A stretch of DNA of 64,000 nucleotides from an uncultured Novosphingobium sp. (lineage in GTDB: Bacteria > Pseudomonadota > Alphaproteobacteria > Sphingomonadales > Sphingomonadaceae), in NCBI GenBank assembly GCA_964413885.1, contig CAYPTU010000001.1, forward strand, positions 267,005 through 331,004. Direction: 5' to 3'. Positions 11,013 to 20,906 of the stretch are shown piece after piece. The first letter of the stretch is position 1; every line of letters begins with the position of its first letter. Under the pieces are notes generated by a model that searched no databases, had not been told where the DNA came from, and was given only the letters and a program-made list of their open reading frames with translations. The position numbers were made by a program, and so were the translations under genes.

Positions 11013-12094
11013 AGCAGCGAAAGCTGGCCGTCGGCGCGCGACGGGATAAACTGGCTGCAATCAAGCTGCGGCGGTTCGCGGTTCAGGCCCAGCCGCTGAC
11101 AGGCGATCCGGAAGCGCGTGCGAAACACGTCGGCCCAGACGCCCTTGGGCTTCATTCGTTCGAAGAAGCGGCTGTCATAATCCTTGCCGCCGCGCACAGC
11201 CTGGACGATCGACATCACCTTTCCGGCGCGGTCGGGGTAGTGAACTTCCAGCCATTCGCGCATCAGCGGGGCGACTTCGTGCGGCAAGCGCAGCATGATC
11301 CAGCTGGCGGTTTTGACGCCGCGCCCGGCTGCCTCTTCCAGAATGCGCTCGATGAATTCGTCGGTGATCGCTGGAACAACCGGCGCGACCGAGACGTGCG
11401 CGGGCACGCCCGCCGCCGCCAGTTTTTCCAAGGCATCGAGCCGCTTGACCGGGGAGGACGCGCGTGGTTCCAGCAGGCCGGAAAGCTTGGGATCAAGACT
11501 GGTGACCGAGATCGACACCGCCGTGAGGTTCAGCTTCGCCAGCTCTGCCAGCAGGTCGAGATCGCGCACCACCCGCGCACTTTTGGTGGTGATGGTCACC
11601 GGGTGGCGGCTCTCCAGGCAAACCTCCAGCACCTGCCGCGTCAGGCGGTAAGTCGCCTCGATCGGCTGGTATGGATCGGTATTGGTCCCCATCGCGATCG
11701 GTGCTGGCGTGTAGCCGCGCTTGCCCAGCTCGGCGCGGAGCAGGGCAGCCGCATCGGGCTTGGCGAAAAGCTTCGTCTCGAAATCCAGCCCGGGCGAGAG
11801 ATCGTGAAACGCGTGCGTCGGCCGGGCGTAGCAATAGATGCAGCCATGCTCGCAGCCGCGATAGGCGTTGATCGACCGGTCAAAGGGAATGTCGGGCGAC
11901 TGGTTGCGGCTGATGATCCGCTTGGCCTTTTCCTCGGTCACCGTGGTCCGCAGCTTCGGGCCGGGTCCATCGATATCCTCGCGGGCATCCAGCCAGTCGC
12001 CATCGGCCTCGCGCTCCGCCAGTCCGAAGCGCTGCGGAACCTTGGCAGACTGCGCGCCGCGGCCATGAACGGGGGAGGGACTCGGCATCCGCAT
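11009..12094 (-). CDS. PA0069-family radical SAM protein
   Basis: SINAYRGCEHGCIYCYAR (CxxxCxxC), GTNTDPYQP and ITTKS. Confidence 0.92.
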   Translation of the reverse strand: MRMPSPSPVHGRGAQSAKVPQRFGLAEREADGDWLDAREDIDGPGPKLRTTVTEEKAKRIISRNQSPDIPFDRSINAYRGCEHGCIYCYARPTHAFHDLSPGLDFETKLFAKPDAAALLRAELGKRGYTPAPIAMGTNTDPYQPIEATYRLTRQVLEVCLESRHPVTITTKSARVVRDLDLLAELAKLNLTAVSISVTSLDPKLSGLLEPRASSPVKRLDALEKLAAAGVPAHVSVAPVVPAITDEFIERILEEAAGRGVKTASWIMLRLPHEVAPLMREWLEVHYPDRAGKVMSIVQAVRGGKDYDSRFFERMKPKGVWADVFRTRFRIACQRLGLNREPPQLDCSQFIPSRADGQLSLL

Positions 12095-12098
12095 ATTA

Positions 12099-12113
12099 GA
12101 ACATATGCAGAAC
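12099..12113 (-). promoter_or_regulatory. LexA (SOS) box upstream of the PA0069-family gene
   Basis: GAAC-ATATGCA-GAAC is the alphaproteobacterial GTTC-N7-GTTC box on the minus strand, 5 nt from the start codon. Confidence 0.8.
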
Positions 12114-12128
12114 GTATGGGCAAGGAAT

Positions 12129-12656
12129 TCAGGCCTCGCGTAACCGCGGCATCAGGTCCACGAAGTTGCAGGGCCGATTGCGGCTATCCAGCTGCTCGGC
12201 CAAAATCCGGTCCCAGCCGTCCTTCACCGCACCGTTGGAGCCTGGCAGGGCGAACACATAGGTCCCGCGCGCGACCACGGCGCAGGCGCGGCTCTGGATC
12301 GTGCTCGTGCCGATAGTCTGGAAGCTGATCCAACGGAACAGTTCGCCAAAGCCGGGAATATCGCGGGTCTTGATCCGGTCCAGCGCCTCGGGCGTCACGT
12401 CACGGCCGGTCAGGCCGGTGCCGCCAGTGCAGATCACCGCGTCGATTGTGGCATCTTCCACCCATTCGACCAGCTTGGTGGCGATCAGATTGGCATCATC
12501 GCGCACAATGGCCCGGGCGGCCAGCTTGTGCCCCGCGCCTTCGATCCGGGCGGCCAGAATGTCGCCCGAGCTGTCGTTGGCGGGGGTGCGCGTATCGGAA
12601 ACGGTCAGGACCGCGATGTTGATCGGGGTAAAGGGCAGGTCCGGATCAACGGCCAC
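12129..12656 (-). CDS. moaB: Molybdenum cofactor biosynthesis protein B
   Basis: LTVSDTRT...DSSG, TGGTGLTGRDVTPEA, IPGFGELFR, TSTIQSRA and LPGS. Confidence 0.93.
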   Translation of the reverse strand: MAVDPDLPFTPINIAVLTVSDTRTPANDSSGDILAARIEGAGHKLAARAIVRDDANLIATKLVEWVEDATIDAVICTGGTGLTGRDVTPEALDRIKTRDIPGFGELFRWISFQTIGTSTIQSRACAVVARGTYVFALPGSNGAVKDGWDRILAEQLDSRNRPCNFVDLMPRLREA

Positions 12657-14469
12657 GGACTATCGTTCCGCTGGCAGTCATCCGCACGGCGCTGGACCCG
12701 CCAATGCCCGGGAAGGTCGGCCACAGGCCCTGCGCGAGAGCGATCCGGCTTTCCGAAGGGCCGCCAGCCTGCCGCTCGTACATCCAGTAATTGCGCATCA
12801 CGATGTTCACGTAACCGCGCGTCTCCCAATAGGGCACGCTTTCGATCCACAGCAGCGGATCGCCCTGATCCTTGATCTCGGTTTGCCAGCGGGCGATTGG
12901 CGTAAGGCCGGCATTATAGGCGGCCATCACCTTGGGCAGCAGGCCTTGGGTGCCCGGTGCATCGCGCAGCATCTGCAGGTGGCGCTGGCCGAAGGCGAGG
13001 TTGACTTCGGGCTTCTGGAGATCGCTGGCATCGCCCGAAACGCCCAGCGCCGCCGCATGATCGCGTGCGGCGGCGGGCATGATCTGCATCAGGCCGCGCG
13101 CCCCAGCCGGGCTGATCGCCTTGGTGCGGAACACCGATTCCTGCAGGGCGTGGGCATAGACCAGCGCCGGATCGACCTGCCAATTGTTGGCCGGGGTCCA
13201 CTTCGGCGTGGGGAAGCGCGCCGCCGGTTCGGGGCGGCCACCGACCGGCGTGTTGTAGGCCATCCACAGCTGGGTTGAAGGCAGGCCCAGATCGCGGGCG
13301 AGGCGGGTCAGCGGCTGGTATTCCCCCGCCGGGCCAAGCCGCGCCTGATAGCGCAGCACTTCATCGGCCAGGTCATCGCGGCCGATCTCAGCAAGGCCAA
13401 CGGCGGTGCGGATGTTGGCTTCGTCGCGCAGCTTCTGCCAGTCCGCCGGGGTGAAGTCTGGTGCGGCATGGGTCTGTGGCAGGGCCAGACCCAGCTGTTC
13501 GGCCGCGAGCATCCCATAGAGCGTTTCGTCCATCCGCGCCGCGGCCTTGAGCGCGGCCGAGGCCTTTTCCGGCTGGCGGCAGCGCACCGCGGCGCGGCTT
13601 TGCCAGTAAAGCGCGGCCGCGGTCAGCTCGCTGTTCTGCGAGGCACCGGCGGTCTTGGCGAAGGCGTCACCGGCGCCCATGCAATCGCCGATCCTCCAGG
13701 CGGCCAGACCCGCCGTCCACCAGCCTTCAGCCACCCATGGTCCGGCCCCGTCCTGCGCAGTCTGGGCCAGGGCATAGGCCGAAGCATCATCGTTTTCGAT
13801 GTAGAACGACCAGGCAATCTTGGCGCGCCACTCCGCGCGGGTAGCGGGCGAAAGCTGGGTGTCGATCCCGTCGAGCAGGGCTTTGGCCCCGGCGGGATTG
13901 TCGGCCTTGATGCTCGAATTGATTGCCAGGGCGACCGCTGCGGGCATGGTGCCATCGTTGGTATCGCGCGGCCGGATGCGCTTGGCGCGGCTGGGCAGGC
14001 TGACCAGGGCGCTGGCCTGCGGCAGTGGCGGCAGCATCGTCGCGCCGCGCTTTTGCGCCAGCAGGGTGATCTGCTCGGCCTGCGGCAGGGGCGTGCCCTT
14101 CGCCAGCCAGGCATTCAGCGCATCAAGTTCGATCTTGGGGGAAGTGGGGGCGAGGTAGTATTCGGCCAGCGCAACCTGATGCAGCGGGCCATCCTGCCGC
14201 TGGGCGAACATATCCTGCACCTTGGCCCAATCGGCGCGCTCGATCGCAGCGAACAGATCGCGGTAATAGCTGCGGTCATCCTGGCTCAGCAGGCTGGGCA
14301 CATTGCTGCGATCGGCGCGGTTGCGGAAATAGTCGACCGCCGCGCTGTTGGCCTGCGCAGGCGCGGCAAAGGCAGCAAGGCTACCCGCCAGGCCCAAAGC
14401 CAGCACCAGTTTTGCACTCGAACGCGTCACGCCAGATCTTATCCCGTCCAGTCCAGCCAGGCTTGCCAC
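12646..14469 (-). CDS. Soluble lytic transglycosylase (SLT domain)
   Basis: Signal peptide, helical repeats, HALQES (catalytic Glu), GARGLMQIMP, AAYNAG and ETRGYV. The true start may be GTG near 14428. Confidence 0.9.
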   Translation of the reverse strand: MASLAGLDGIRSGVTRSSAKLVLALGLAGSLAAFAAPAQANSAAVDYFRNRADRSNVPSLLSQDDRSYYRDLFAAIERADWAKVQDMFAQRQDGPLHQVALAEYYLAPTSPKIELDALNAWLAKGTPLPQAEQITLLAQKRGATMLPPLPQASALVSLPSRAKRIRPRDTNDGTMPAAVALAINSSIKADNPAGAKALLDGIDTQLSPATRAEWRAKIAWSFYIENDDASAYALAQTAQDGAGPWVAEGWWTAGLAAWRIGDCMGAGDAFAKTAGASQNSELTAAALYWQSRAAVRCRQPEKASAALKAAARMDETLYGMLAAEQLGLALPQTHAAPDFTPADWQKLRDEANIRTAVGLAEIGRDDLADEVLRYQARLGPAGEYQPLTRLARDLGLPSTQLWMAYNTPVGGRPEPAARFPTPKWTPANNWQVDPALVYAHALQESVFRTKAISPAGARGLMQIMPAAARDHAAALGVSGDASDLQKPEVNLAFGQRHLQMLRDAPGTQGLLPKVMAAYNAGLTPIARWQTEIKDQGDPLLWIESVPYWETRGYVNIVMRNYWMYERQAGGPSESRIALAQGLWPTFPGIGGSSAVRMTASGTIVRGR

Positions 14470-15206
14470 AGCCCGGCCTTGCTCCGCGGCCGGCCGGCCA
14501 GATTGGCCAGGCCCGGCGCCATCAACAGCGGAATAGTGACGCTCTCATGGTTAAATTGACGCAAAGGTTCAGCGCTTTTCGTCGGATCGTGGCCGAGCAG
14601 CGGCGAGATGTGCCGTCCGAACACCAGCAGCCGCTGCGGACGGGCCAGGGCGATGTGGTGGCGCACGATTTCGCCAAGACCGGCCGCATCCAGCGCGGTC
14701 CAGTCCGGCAGGGGCATGTGGCGCGGCAGGCAGGCGGCGATATAGGCCTGCTCCGGCCCGATCCCCATGGCGGCGAACATGGCCTGCAGTAGACGGCCTT
14801 GCGGCCCCGACAGCAGGACATCGCGGTCCTCCGCCTCCGGGTGGTCAACCAGCACCATCAGCGCCGCGCCTTCGTTGCCGCGCGGGGCAACGCGGCCGCC
14901 GGTCTGCCCGCCATCAAGGCTCGGCTCGCTCATCCACCAGTCCTGGAACGCGGCAAGGGTGCCGGGGAGTGCATCAAGCCCGGCAAAACGCTCTACCTTG
15001 GGCGCCGCCGGGGCCGGGCGGGGTGGCGCGGGGGGCGGTGTAAAGGCGCGGTCCGGCGCTGCTTCGGGCGCGGCAGGCTCTGTCAGCCAGGTGCGGGGGT
15101 CATCGGAAAAAGCATGGTCGATGCCCGCTTCGCGCCACCAGTCAAGCACGGCGGAAAGGGCGGCGGCAGGGTCGATGGCCGGATCAGTTTGTGCGGGATT
15201 GCTCAC
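14439..15206 (-). CDS. Uracil-DNA glycosylase family-4-like protein, apparently degenerate
   Basis: Fold-typical segments (LMVLVDHPEAED, LLSGPQGRLLQAMFAAMG, RPQRLLVFG) but no CxxC/Fe-S cysteine set and no GEAPG or KCRP motif. Confidence 0.65.
   Translation of the reverse strand: MSNPAQTDPAIDPAAALSAVLDWWREAGIDHAFSDDPRTWLTEPAAPEAAPDRAFTPPPAPPRPAPAAPKVERFAGLDALPGTLAAFQDWWMSEPSLDGGQTGGRVAPRGNEGAALMVLVDHPEAEDRDVLLSGPQGRLLQAMFAAMGIGPEQAYIAACLPRHMPLPDWTALDAAGLGEIVRHHIALARPQRLLVFGRHISPLLGHDPTKSAEPLRQFNHESVTIPLLMAPGLANLAGRPRSKAGLWQAWLDWTG
14547..14554 (-). promoter_or_regulatory. Possible CtrA half-site (TTAACCAT) upstream of the SLT gene
   Basis: ATGGTTAA on the plus strand is TTAACCAT on the minus strand, about 80-120 nt upstream of the SLT start. 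Confidence 0.4.
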
Positions 15207-15277
15207 AATTGCAGTCTTGACCTGCCGCAAGCCAGCTTTCAAGGCTTAACCCATCGATTAATCCGAACAGGTGGACC

Positions 15278-16924
15278 ATGAGCGAACGCGAATCCATGCC
15301 CTATGACGTCGTCATCGTTGGCGGCGGCCCGGCCGGCCTCGGGGCGGCGATCCGGCTGAAGCAGGTAAATCCTGAGCTTTCGGTCTGCATTCTGGAAAAG
15401 GGTTCGGAAGTCGGCGCGCACATCCTGTCGGGCGCGGTGGTCGATCCCAAGGCGCTGGATGAATTGCTGCCGAACTGGCGTGAAGATGGCTGCCCGATGG
15501 CCGAAACCCCGGTGACCGACAACTGGCATTGGGTGCTGAGCAAGACCGGCAAGACCGCTGTCCCGCACTGGCCGATGCCTCCGTTCATGTCGAACAATGG
15601 CAATTACACCGGCAGCCTGGGTAACCTGTGCCGCTGGCTGGCCGGCAAGGCGGAAGAGCTGGGCGTCGAAATCTTCCCCGGCTTCCCGGCTTCGGAAGTG
15701 CTTTATAACGAAGACGGCTCGGTCAAGGGCGTGGCGACGCAGGACATGGGCGTCGCCAAGGATGGCAGCCACAAGGGCGATTACCAGCCCGGCATGGAAC
15801 TGCACGCCAAGTATACCTTCTTCGCCGAAGGTGCGCGCGGCCACCTGACCAAAACCCTGAAGGCCCAATTCGATCTGGAAGCCAACTGCGAACCGCAGGT
15901 TTACGGCATCGGCATCAAGGAGCTGTGGGATATCGATCCGGCCAAGCACGTGCCGGGCCGTGTGCTCCACACCCAGGGCTGGCCGCTGAGCGAAAGCGAC
16001 AGCTGGGGCGGCGGGTTCCTCTATCACCAGGCCAACAACCAGGTCGCAATCGGCTTCGTCACCGCGCTCGATTACAAGAACCCCTACGTCTACCCGTTCG
16101 AGGAATTCCAGCGCTGGAAGCAGCACCCGGAAATCCGCGCCATTCTCGAAGGCGGTCGCCGCGTGTCCTATGGTGCCCGCGCGATCAATGAAGGCGGCTG
16201 GCAGTCTGTGCCCAAGCTCGATTTCCCCGGCGGCGCGCTGATCGGGTGCTCGGCTGGCTTCGTCAACGTGCCGCGCATCAAGGGCAGCCACACCGCGATG
16301 AAGAGCGGGATGCTGGCCGCCGAGGCTGCTGCTGCGGCAATCGCTGCGGGACGTGAGCACGATTCGATGGCCGAATACGATGCCGCCGTGCGCGACAGCT
16401 GGATCGCCAAGGAACTGAAGCTGGTCCAGAACGCCGAACCGATGGTCGCCAAGTTCGGCGGCGATATCGGCACGGTGCTGGCCGGGCTCGACATGTGGCT
16501 GCGCTATCTCAAGCTGCCGATCATCCCGGCCATGGGCCACCACCGCGATTGCGAGGCGACCGATCGGGCCGACCTTTACAAGCCGATCGACTATCCCAAG
16601 CCCGATGGCGTGATCAGCTTTGATCGCCTGTCCAGCGTGGCGCTGTCCTTCACCAACCACGAAGAAGACCAGCCCTGCCACCTGCAGCTGAAGGATCCGG
16701 CCGTGCCGGTTGAGGTCAACCTGAAGCTCTACGACGGGCCTGAGGCGCGCTATTGCCCGGCGGGCGTCTATGAGTTCCTCGGCGTTGAGGAAGGCAATCC
16801 GCGCCTCCAGATCAACGCGCAGAACTGCGTCCACTGCAAGACCTGCGACATCAAGGACAAGACCCAGAACATCAACTGGGTCACGCCGGAAGGTGGCGGC
16901 GGGCCGAACTATCCGAATATGTGA
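15278..16924 (+). CDS. Electron transfer flavoprotein-ubiquinone oxidoreductase
   Basis: GGGPAGL, EKGSEVGAHILSG, RIKGSHTAMKSG, CPAGVYE and NCVHCKTCDIKD. Confidence 0.96.
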   Translation: MSERESMPYDVVIVGGGPAGLGAAIRLKQVNPELSVCILEKGSEVGAHILSGAVVDPKALDELLPNWREDGCPMAETPVTDNWHWVLSKTGKTAVPHWPMPPFMSNNGNYTGSLGNLCRWLAGKAEELGVEIFPGFPASEVLYNEDGSVKGVATQDMGVAKDGSHKGDYQPGMELHAKYTFFAEGARGHLTKTLKAQFDLEANCEPQVYGIGIKELWDIDPAKHVPGRVLHTQGWPLSESDSWGGGFLYHQANNQVAIGFVTALDYKNPYVYPFEEFQRWKQHPEIRAILEGGRRVSYGARAINEGGWQSVPKLDFPGGALIGCSAGFVNVPRIKGSHTAMKSGMLAAEAAAAAIAAGREHDSMAEYDAAVRDSWIAKELKLVQNAEPMVAKFGGDIGTVLAGLDMWLRYLKLPIIPAMGHHRDCEATDRADLYKPIDYPKPDGVISFDRLSSVALSFTNHEEDQPCHLQLKDPAVPVEVNLKLYDGPEARYCPAGVYEFLGVEEGNPRLQINAQNCVHCKTCDIKDKTQNINWVTPEGGGGPNYPNM

Positions 16925-16936
16925 TTTGCAGAATGA

Positions 16937-17105
16937 CCTTCCCCCTCGATGGGGGAAGGATACGAAGCCTTGGGAAGCGCAGCGAACCTAGGCGAAGTTG
17001 GATGGGGGTGATCTGGCGCATGGCGCCGTTCCACTCACCCCCACCCAACCTCCGCTAGGCGGCAAGCCGCCAAGCTGCGGTGTCCCTCCCCCATCAAGGG
17101 GGAGG
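16937..17105. repeat. Composite palindromic intergenic element (REP/MITE-like)
   Basis: Terminal hairpins CCTTCCCCC-TCGAT-GGGGGAAGG and CCTCCCCC-ATCAA-GGGGGAGG are near reverse complements of each other. Inner arms GTTGGATGGGGGTG / CACCCCCACCCAAC. Confidence 0.8.
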
Positions 17106-17119
17106 AGTTCGGACAGCGA

Positions 17120-17917
17120 ATGCACGAAACCGCCTATGCCAAGATCAACCTCGCGCTGCACGTTCGGCGACGGCGCGAGGACGGCTATCATGAGCTGGAA
17201 ACCGTCTTCGCCTTCGTTGATGCGGGCGACCGGCTGAGTGTCGCCCCGGCAGAACGCGACAGCTTGCGGGTGCTGGGCGAATTCGGCGGTGCGCTGGATA
17301 ACCCGTTCGACAATATCGTGATGCAGGCGCTCTCGGCGCTGCCCCGCCAGCAAGGCTGGGCGGTGACGCTGGAAAAGAATCTGCCGGTCGCGGCAGGGCT
17401 GGGCGGGGGCTCGGCCGATGCCGGGGCGCTGTTCCGGCTGGTCGAGCGTAGCCAGGGCCTGCCCGATGACTGGCAGGCGCGTGCGGCGAAATTGGGCGCG
17501 GATGTGCCGGCCTGTGTCGTCTCACGCGCCTGCATCGGGCGCGGAACCGGGACCGACCTGACCGAAGTGCCGAACGATCTGGCCGGCATGGCCTGCCTGC
17601 TGGTCAACCCGCGCGTGCCGCTGAGCACCGGGCCGGTATTCAAGGCATGGGACGGGCAGGACCGGGGTGCGCTACCTCAGGGGAAGCTGCGCGATATCAT
17701 GCTGGCCGGTCGCAATGACCTGGAGGCACCGGCGCTTGGGCTCTGCCCGGTGATTGGTGAGGTGCTTGGGGCGCTCAAGGCGACCAATCCGATCATCGCC
17801 CGCATGTCAGGCTCCGGCGCGACCTGCTTTGCGCTTTATGATGATCCGGCGCAGCGCGATGCGGCACTGGCCGCCATGCCGGCTGCGTGGTGGACACTGG
17901 CAGGGGCGCTCCGGTGA
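17120..17917 (+). CDS. ispE: 4-diphosphocytidyl-2-C-methyl-D-erythritol kinase
   Basis: AYAKINLALHV, GYHELET, KNLPVAAGLGGGSADA, LGADVP and RMSGSGATCF. Confidence 0.95.
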   Translation: MHETAYAKINLALHVRRRREDGYHELETVFAFVDAGDRLSVAPAERDSLRVLGEFGGALDNPFDNIVMQALSALPRQQGWAVTLEKNLPVAAGLGGGSADAGALFRLVERSQGLPDDWQARAAKLGADVPACVVSRACIGRGTGTDLTEVPNDLAGMACLLVNPRVPLSTGPVFKAWDGQDRGALPQGKLRDIMLAGRNDLEAPALGLCPVIGEVLGALKATNPIIARMSGSGATCFALYDDPAQRDAALAAMPAAWWTLAGALR

Positions 17918-18642
17918 AAGAACACGAAGCCTTCCGCCTGCTCGGCGTGCCGCGGTTTGGCGGCATTCTGGTTGTTTCCGATCATGCCTCTAACCGGATG
18001 CCTGATGACATTGATCTGGGCATCGATCGGGCGTTGCTCAGCCAGCACATTGCGGTCGATCTCGGCGTGGCCGAGGTTGGCGCGTTGCTGGCAGAGCGCG
18101 CGGGGATCGCAGCCTTCCAGGGCAATATCAGCCGCCTGGTCTGCGATCTCAACCGCGAGCCCCATGCCCCGGCGGTGATCCCGATCGCCAGCGATGGGCA
18201 CGCCATTCCTGGCAATGCGCTCGACCATGCCGAGCATGATGCGCGGCTCGCGCGATTCCACGCGCCATATCATGCCGCGCTGGCCACTTTGCTGGATGAC
18301 AAGCCGCCCGCGCTGGTCTTGTCGCTGCACAGCTTCACCCCGCAATTGGCGACGAGTAACGAGCAGCGGCCTTGGCAGGTCGGCGTGCTCTACAACGAGG
18401 ATGACCGCGCCGCCCGCATCGCCATTCCGTTACTGGAGGCCGAGGGGCTCTGCGTGGGCGATCAACTGCCCTATTCGGGCAAGCTGCTGAACTACACGAT
18501 GAACCGGCACTGCGAGGCAGAGGGGCGGCCCTATCTGGGCATCGAGCTGCGGCAGGATCAGGTCGCCACCCCGCAGCAGCAGGCCGGATGGGCTGATCGC
18601 CTTGCGAAGCTTTGCAATGAAGTGGCGTTGAAGCTCGGCTGA
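17914..18642 (+). CDS. N-formylglutamate amidohydrolase family protein (paralog 1)
   Basis: SDHASN, SRLVCDLNR, FHAPYH, SLHSFTP, GDQLPYSG and IELRQD. GTG start overlaps the ispE stop. Confidence 0.85.
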   Translation: MKEHEAFRLLGVPRFGGILVVSDHASNRMPDDIDLGIDRALLSQHIAVDLGVAEVGALLAERAGIAAFQGNISRLVCDLNREPHAPAVIPIASDGHAIPGNALDHAEHDARLARFHAPYHAALATLLDDKPPALVLSLHSFTPQLATSNEQRPWQVGVLYNEDDRAARIAIPLLEAEGLCVGDQLPYSGKLLNYTMNRHCEAEGRPYLGIELRQDQVATPQQQAGWADRLAKLCNEVALKLG

Positions 18643-18702
18643 TTGCCGTGTAGGGCAGCGGCAACCGCCCGTTTCGGGCAACATTCTTGCCGGAGTAACC
18701 CC

Positions 18703-20550
18703 ATGCCTGCCCTTCGTTCACGCACGTCCACCCATGGCCGCAACATGGCCGGCGCGCGCGGCCTGTGGCGGGCCACCGGCATGAAGGACAGCGATTTCGG
18801 CAAGCCGATCGTTGCCGTGGTCAATTCTTTCACCCAGTTCGTGCCGGGCCACGTCCACCTCAAAGACCTGGGCCAGATGGTCGCGCGCGAGATTGAGGCC
18901 GCTGGCGGTGTTGCCAAGGAATTCAACACCATCGCGGTCGATGATGGCATCGCCATGGGCCACGATGGCATGCTCTATTCGCTGCCCAGCCGTGACCTGA
19001 TTGCCGACAGCGTTGAATACATGGTCAACGCCCACTGCGCCGATGCGATGGTCTGTATCTCCAACTGCGACAAGATCACGCCCGGCATGCTGATGGCGGC
19101 AATGCGGATCAACATCCCCACGGTCTTCGTTTCGGGCGGGCCGATGGAAGCCGGCAAGGTGGTGCTCAAGGGCAAGCAAGTCGCGCTCGATCTGGTCGAC
19201 GCGATGGTTGCCGCTGCTGATGAAAGCTATACCGACGAAGAGGTGCAGACGATCGAACGCTCGGCCTGCCCAACCTGCGGTTCGTGCTCGGGCATGTTCA
19301 CCGCCAATTCGATGAACTGCCTGACCGAGGCGCTGGGTCTGTCGCTGCCGGGCAATGGTTCGGTCCTGGCGACCCATGCAGACCGGCAGGCGCTGTTCCT
19401 GCGCGCTGGCCGCCTCGCGGTCGATCTGTGCCGCCGCTATTACGAGCAGGATGATGCCTCGGTCCTGCCGCGCGCGATTGGCAGCTTCCGCGCCTTCGAA
19501 AATGCGGTGGCGCTGGACATCGCGATGGGCGGATCGACCAACACCGTGCTGCACCTGCTGGCCGCCGCACACGAGGCGGGCGTCGATTTCACCATGGCCG
19601 ATATTGACCGGCTGAGCCGCAAGGTGCCGTGCTTGTCCAAGGTCGCGCCCGCGAAGGCCGACGTTCACATGGAAGACGTCCACCGCGCCGGCGGGATCAT
19701 GGCGATCCTGGGCGAACTGGACCGCGCGGGCCTGCTCCATACTGACCTGCCGACGGTGCACAGTGCCACCCTTGGGCTGGCGCTGGATACCTGGGACATC
19801 AAGCGCACCGATGATGCTGCGGTGCACGAATTCTACCGCGCCGCGCCGGGCGGGGTGCCGACGCAGGTGGCCTTCAGCCAGTCACGCCGCTGGGATGATC
19901 TGGATGCCGACCGCGAAAAGGGCGTAATCCGTTCGAAGGACCACGCTTTCTCGCAGGATGGCGGGCTGGCCGTGCTGTTCGGCAATATCGCCCGCGATGG
20001 CTGCATCGTGAAGACCGCCGGGGTGGATGACAGCATCCTGAAATTCTCTGGCCCGGCCAAGGTCTTTGAAAGCCAGGACGCCGCCGTGACGGGAATCCTC
20101 ACCGGGCAGGTTGAGGCCGGTGACGTGGTGGTGATCCGCTATGAAGGCCCCAAGGGCGGACCGGGCATGCAGGAAATGCTCTATCCCACCAGCTACCTCA
20201 AATCGAAGGGGCTGGGCGCGGCCTGCGCCTTGCTGACAGATGGACGCTTTTCGGGCGGGACCTCGGGCCTGTCGATCGGCCACGTTTCGCCTGAAGCGGC
20301 AGAGGGCGGCGAAATCGGGCTGGTCGAACCGGGTGACCGGATCGAAATCGACATCCCGAACCGCACGATCAACCTGGCCGTATCGGACGAGGAACTGGCC
20401 CAGCGCCGCGCGGCGCAGCAGGCCAAGGGCTGGAAACCGGCGCAGGAACGGCCGCGCAAGGTTTCCGTAGCACTTCAGGCCTATGCTGCGATGACCACCA
20501 GCGCTGCCCGCGGGGCAGTGCGGGACTTGTCGCAATTGGAGCCCAAATGA
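18703..20550 (+). CDS. ilvD: Dihydroxy-acid dehydratase
   Basis: [51 protein letters not shown] and TDGRFSGGT. Confidence 0.97.
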   Translation: MPALRSRTSTHGRNMAGARGLWRATGMKDSDFGKPIVAVVNSFTQFVPGHVHLKDLGQMVAREIEAAGGVAKEFNTIAVDDGIAMGHDGMLYSLPSRDLIADSVEYMVNAHCADAMVCISNCDKITPGMLMAAMRINIPTVFVSGGPMEAGKVVLKGKQVALDLVDAMVAAADESYTDEEVQTIERSACPTCGSCSGMFTANSMNCLTEALGLSLPGNGSVLATHADRQALFLRAGRLAVDLCRRYYEQDDASVLPRAIGSFRAFENAVALDIAMGGSTNTVLHLLAAAHEAGVDFTMADIDRLSRKVPCLSKVAPAKADVHMEDVHRAGGIMAILGELDRAGLLHTDLPTVHSATLGLALDTWDIKRTDDAAVHEFYRAAPGGVPTQVAFSQSRRWDDLDADREKGVIRSKDHAFSQDGGLAVLFGNIARDGCIVKTAGVDDSILKFSGPAKVFESQDAAVTGILTGQVEAGDVVVIRYEGPKGGPGMQEMLYPTSYLKSKGLGAACALLTDGRFSGGTSGLSIGHVSPEAAEGGEIGLVEPGDRIEIDIPNRTINLAVSDEELAQRRAAQQAKGWKPAQERPRKVSVALQAYAAMTTSAARGAVRDLSQLEPK

Positions 20551-20906
20551 TCCGAGCCGCTTTGACCATCCTGCCGCTGGTACTGCTGAGTGCCTGCAAA
20601 GACCCTGCACCCGGCGAAGGCGGCGTCGCGAAAAGCGATAAGATCTGGTGCGCCCCGGCCGGGTCGCGCGAGTTCAAGCAGGACTGCGCGCTGGAGCGCG
20701 GGACCGAGGAAGGTCGGGAAACTTTCGTGGTCCGCCACCCGGATGGCAAGTTCCGCCGCCTGATCGCCAGCGAAGATGGGCAGAACCTCCTCGCCGCCGA
20801 TGGCGCCGAGCAGAGCCAGTCGGCGCGCAAGGGGGATCGCTGGGAAGTTATCCTTGGCGATGATCGCTATGTCGTGCCGGTCGGGGCCGATGCCCCACGA
20901 CCCTGA
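20547..20906 (+). CDS. Hypothetical lipoprotein
   Basis: Lipobox LLSAC after a hydrophobic stretch. Overlaps the ilvD stop and the next start; host-like codon usage. Confidence 0.7.
   Translation: MIRAALTILPLVLLSACKDPAPGEGGVAKSDKIWCAPAGSREFKQDCALERGTEEGRETFVVRHPDGKFRRLIASEDGQNLLAADGAEQSQSARKGDRWEVILGDDRYVVPVGADAPRP

Noticed and set aside
15246-15261. TTAA-N8-TTAA between the udg-like gene and ETF-QO as a CtrA box
   Set aside because: The spacing is 8 nt, not the required 7; at most a half-site.
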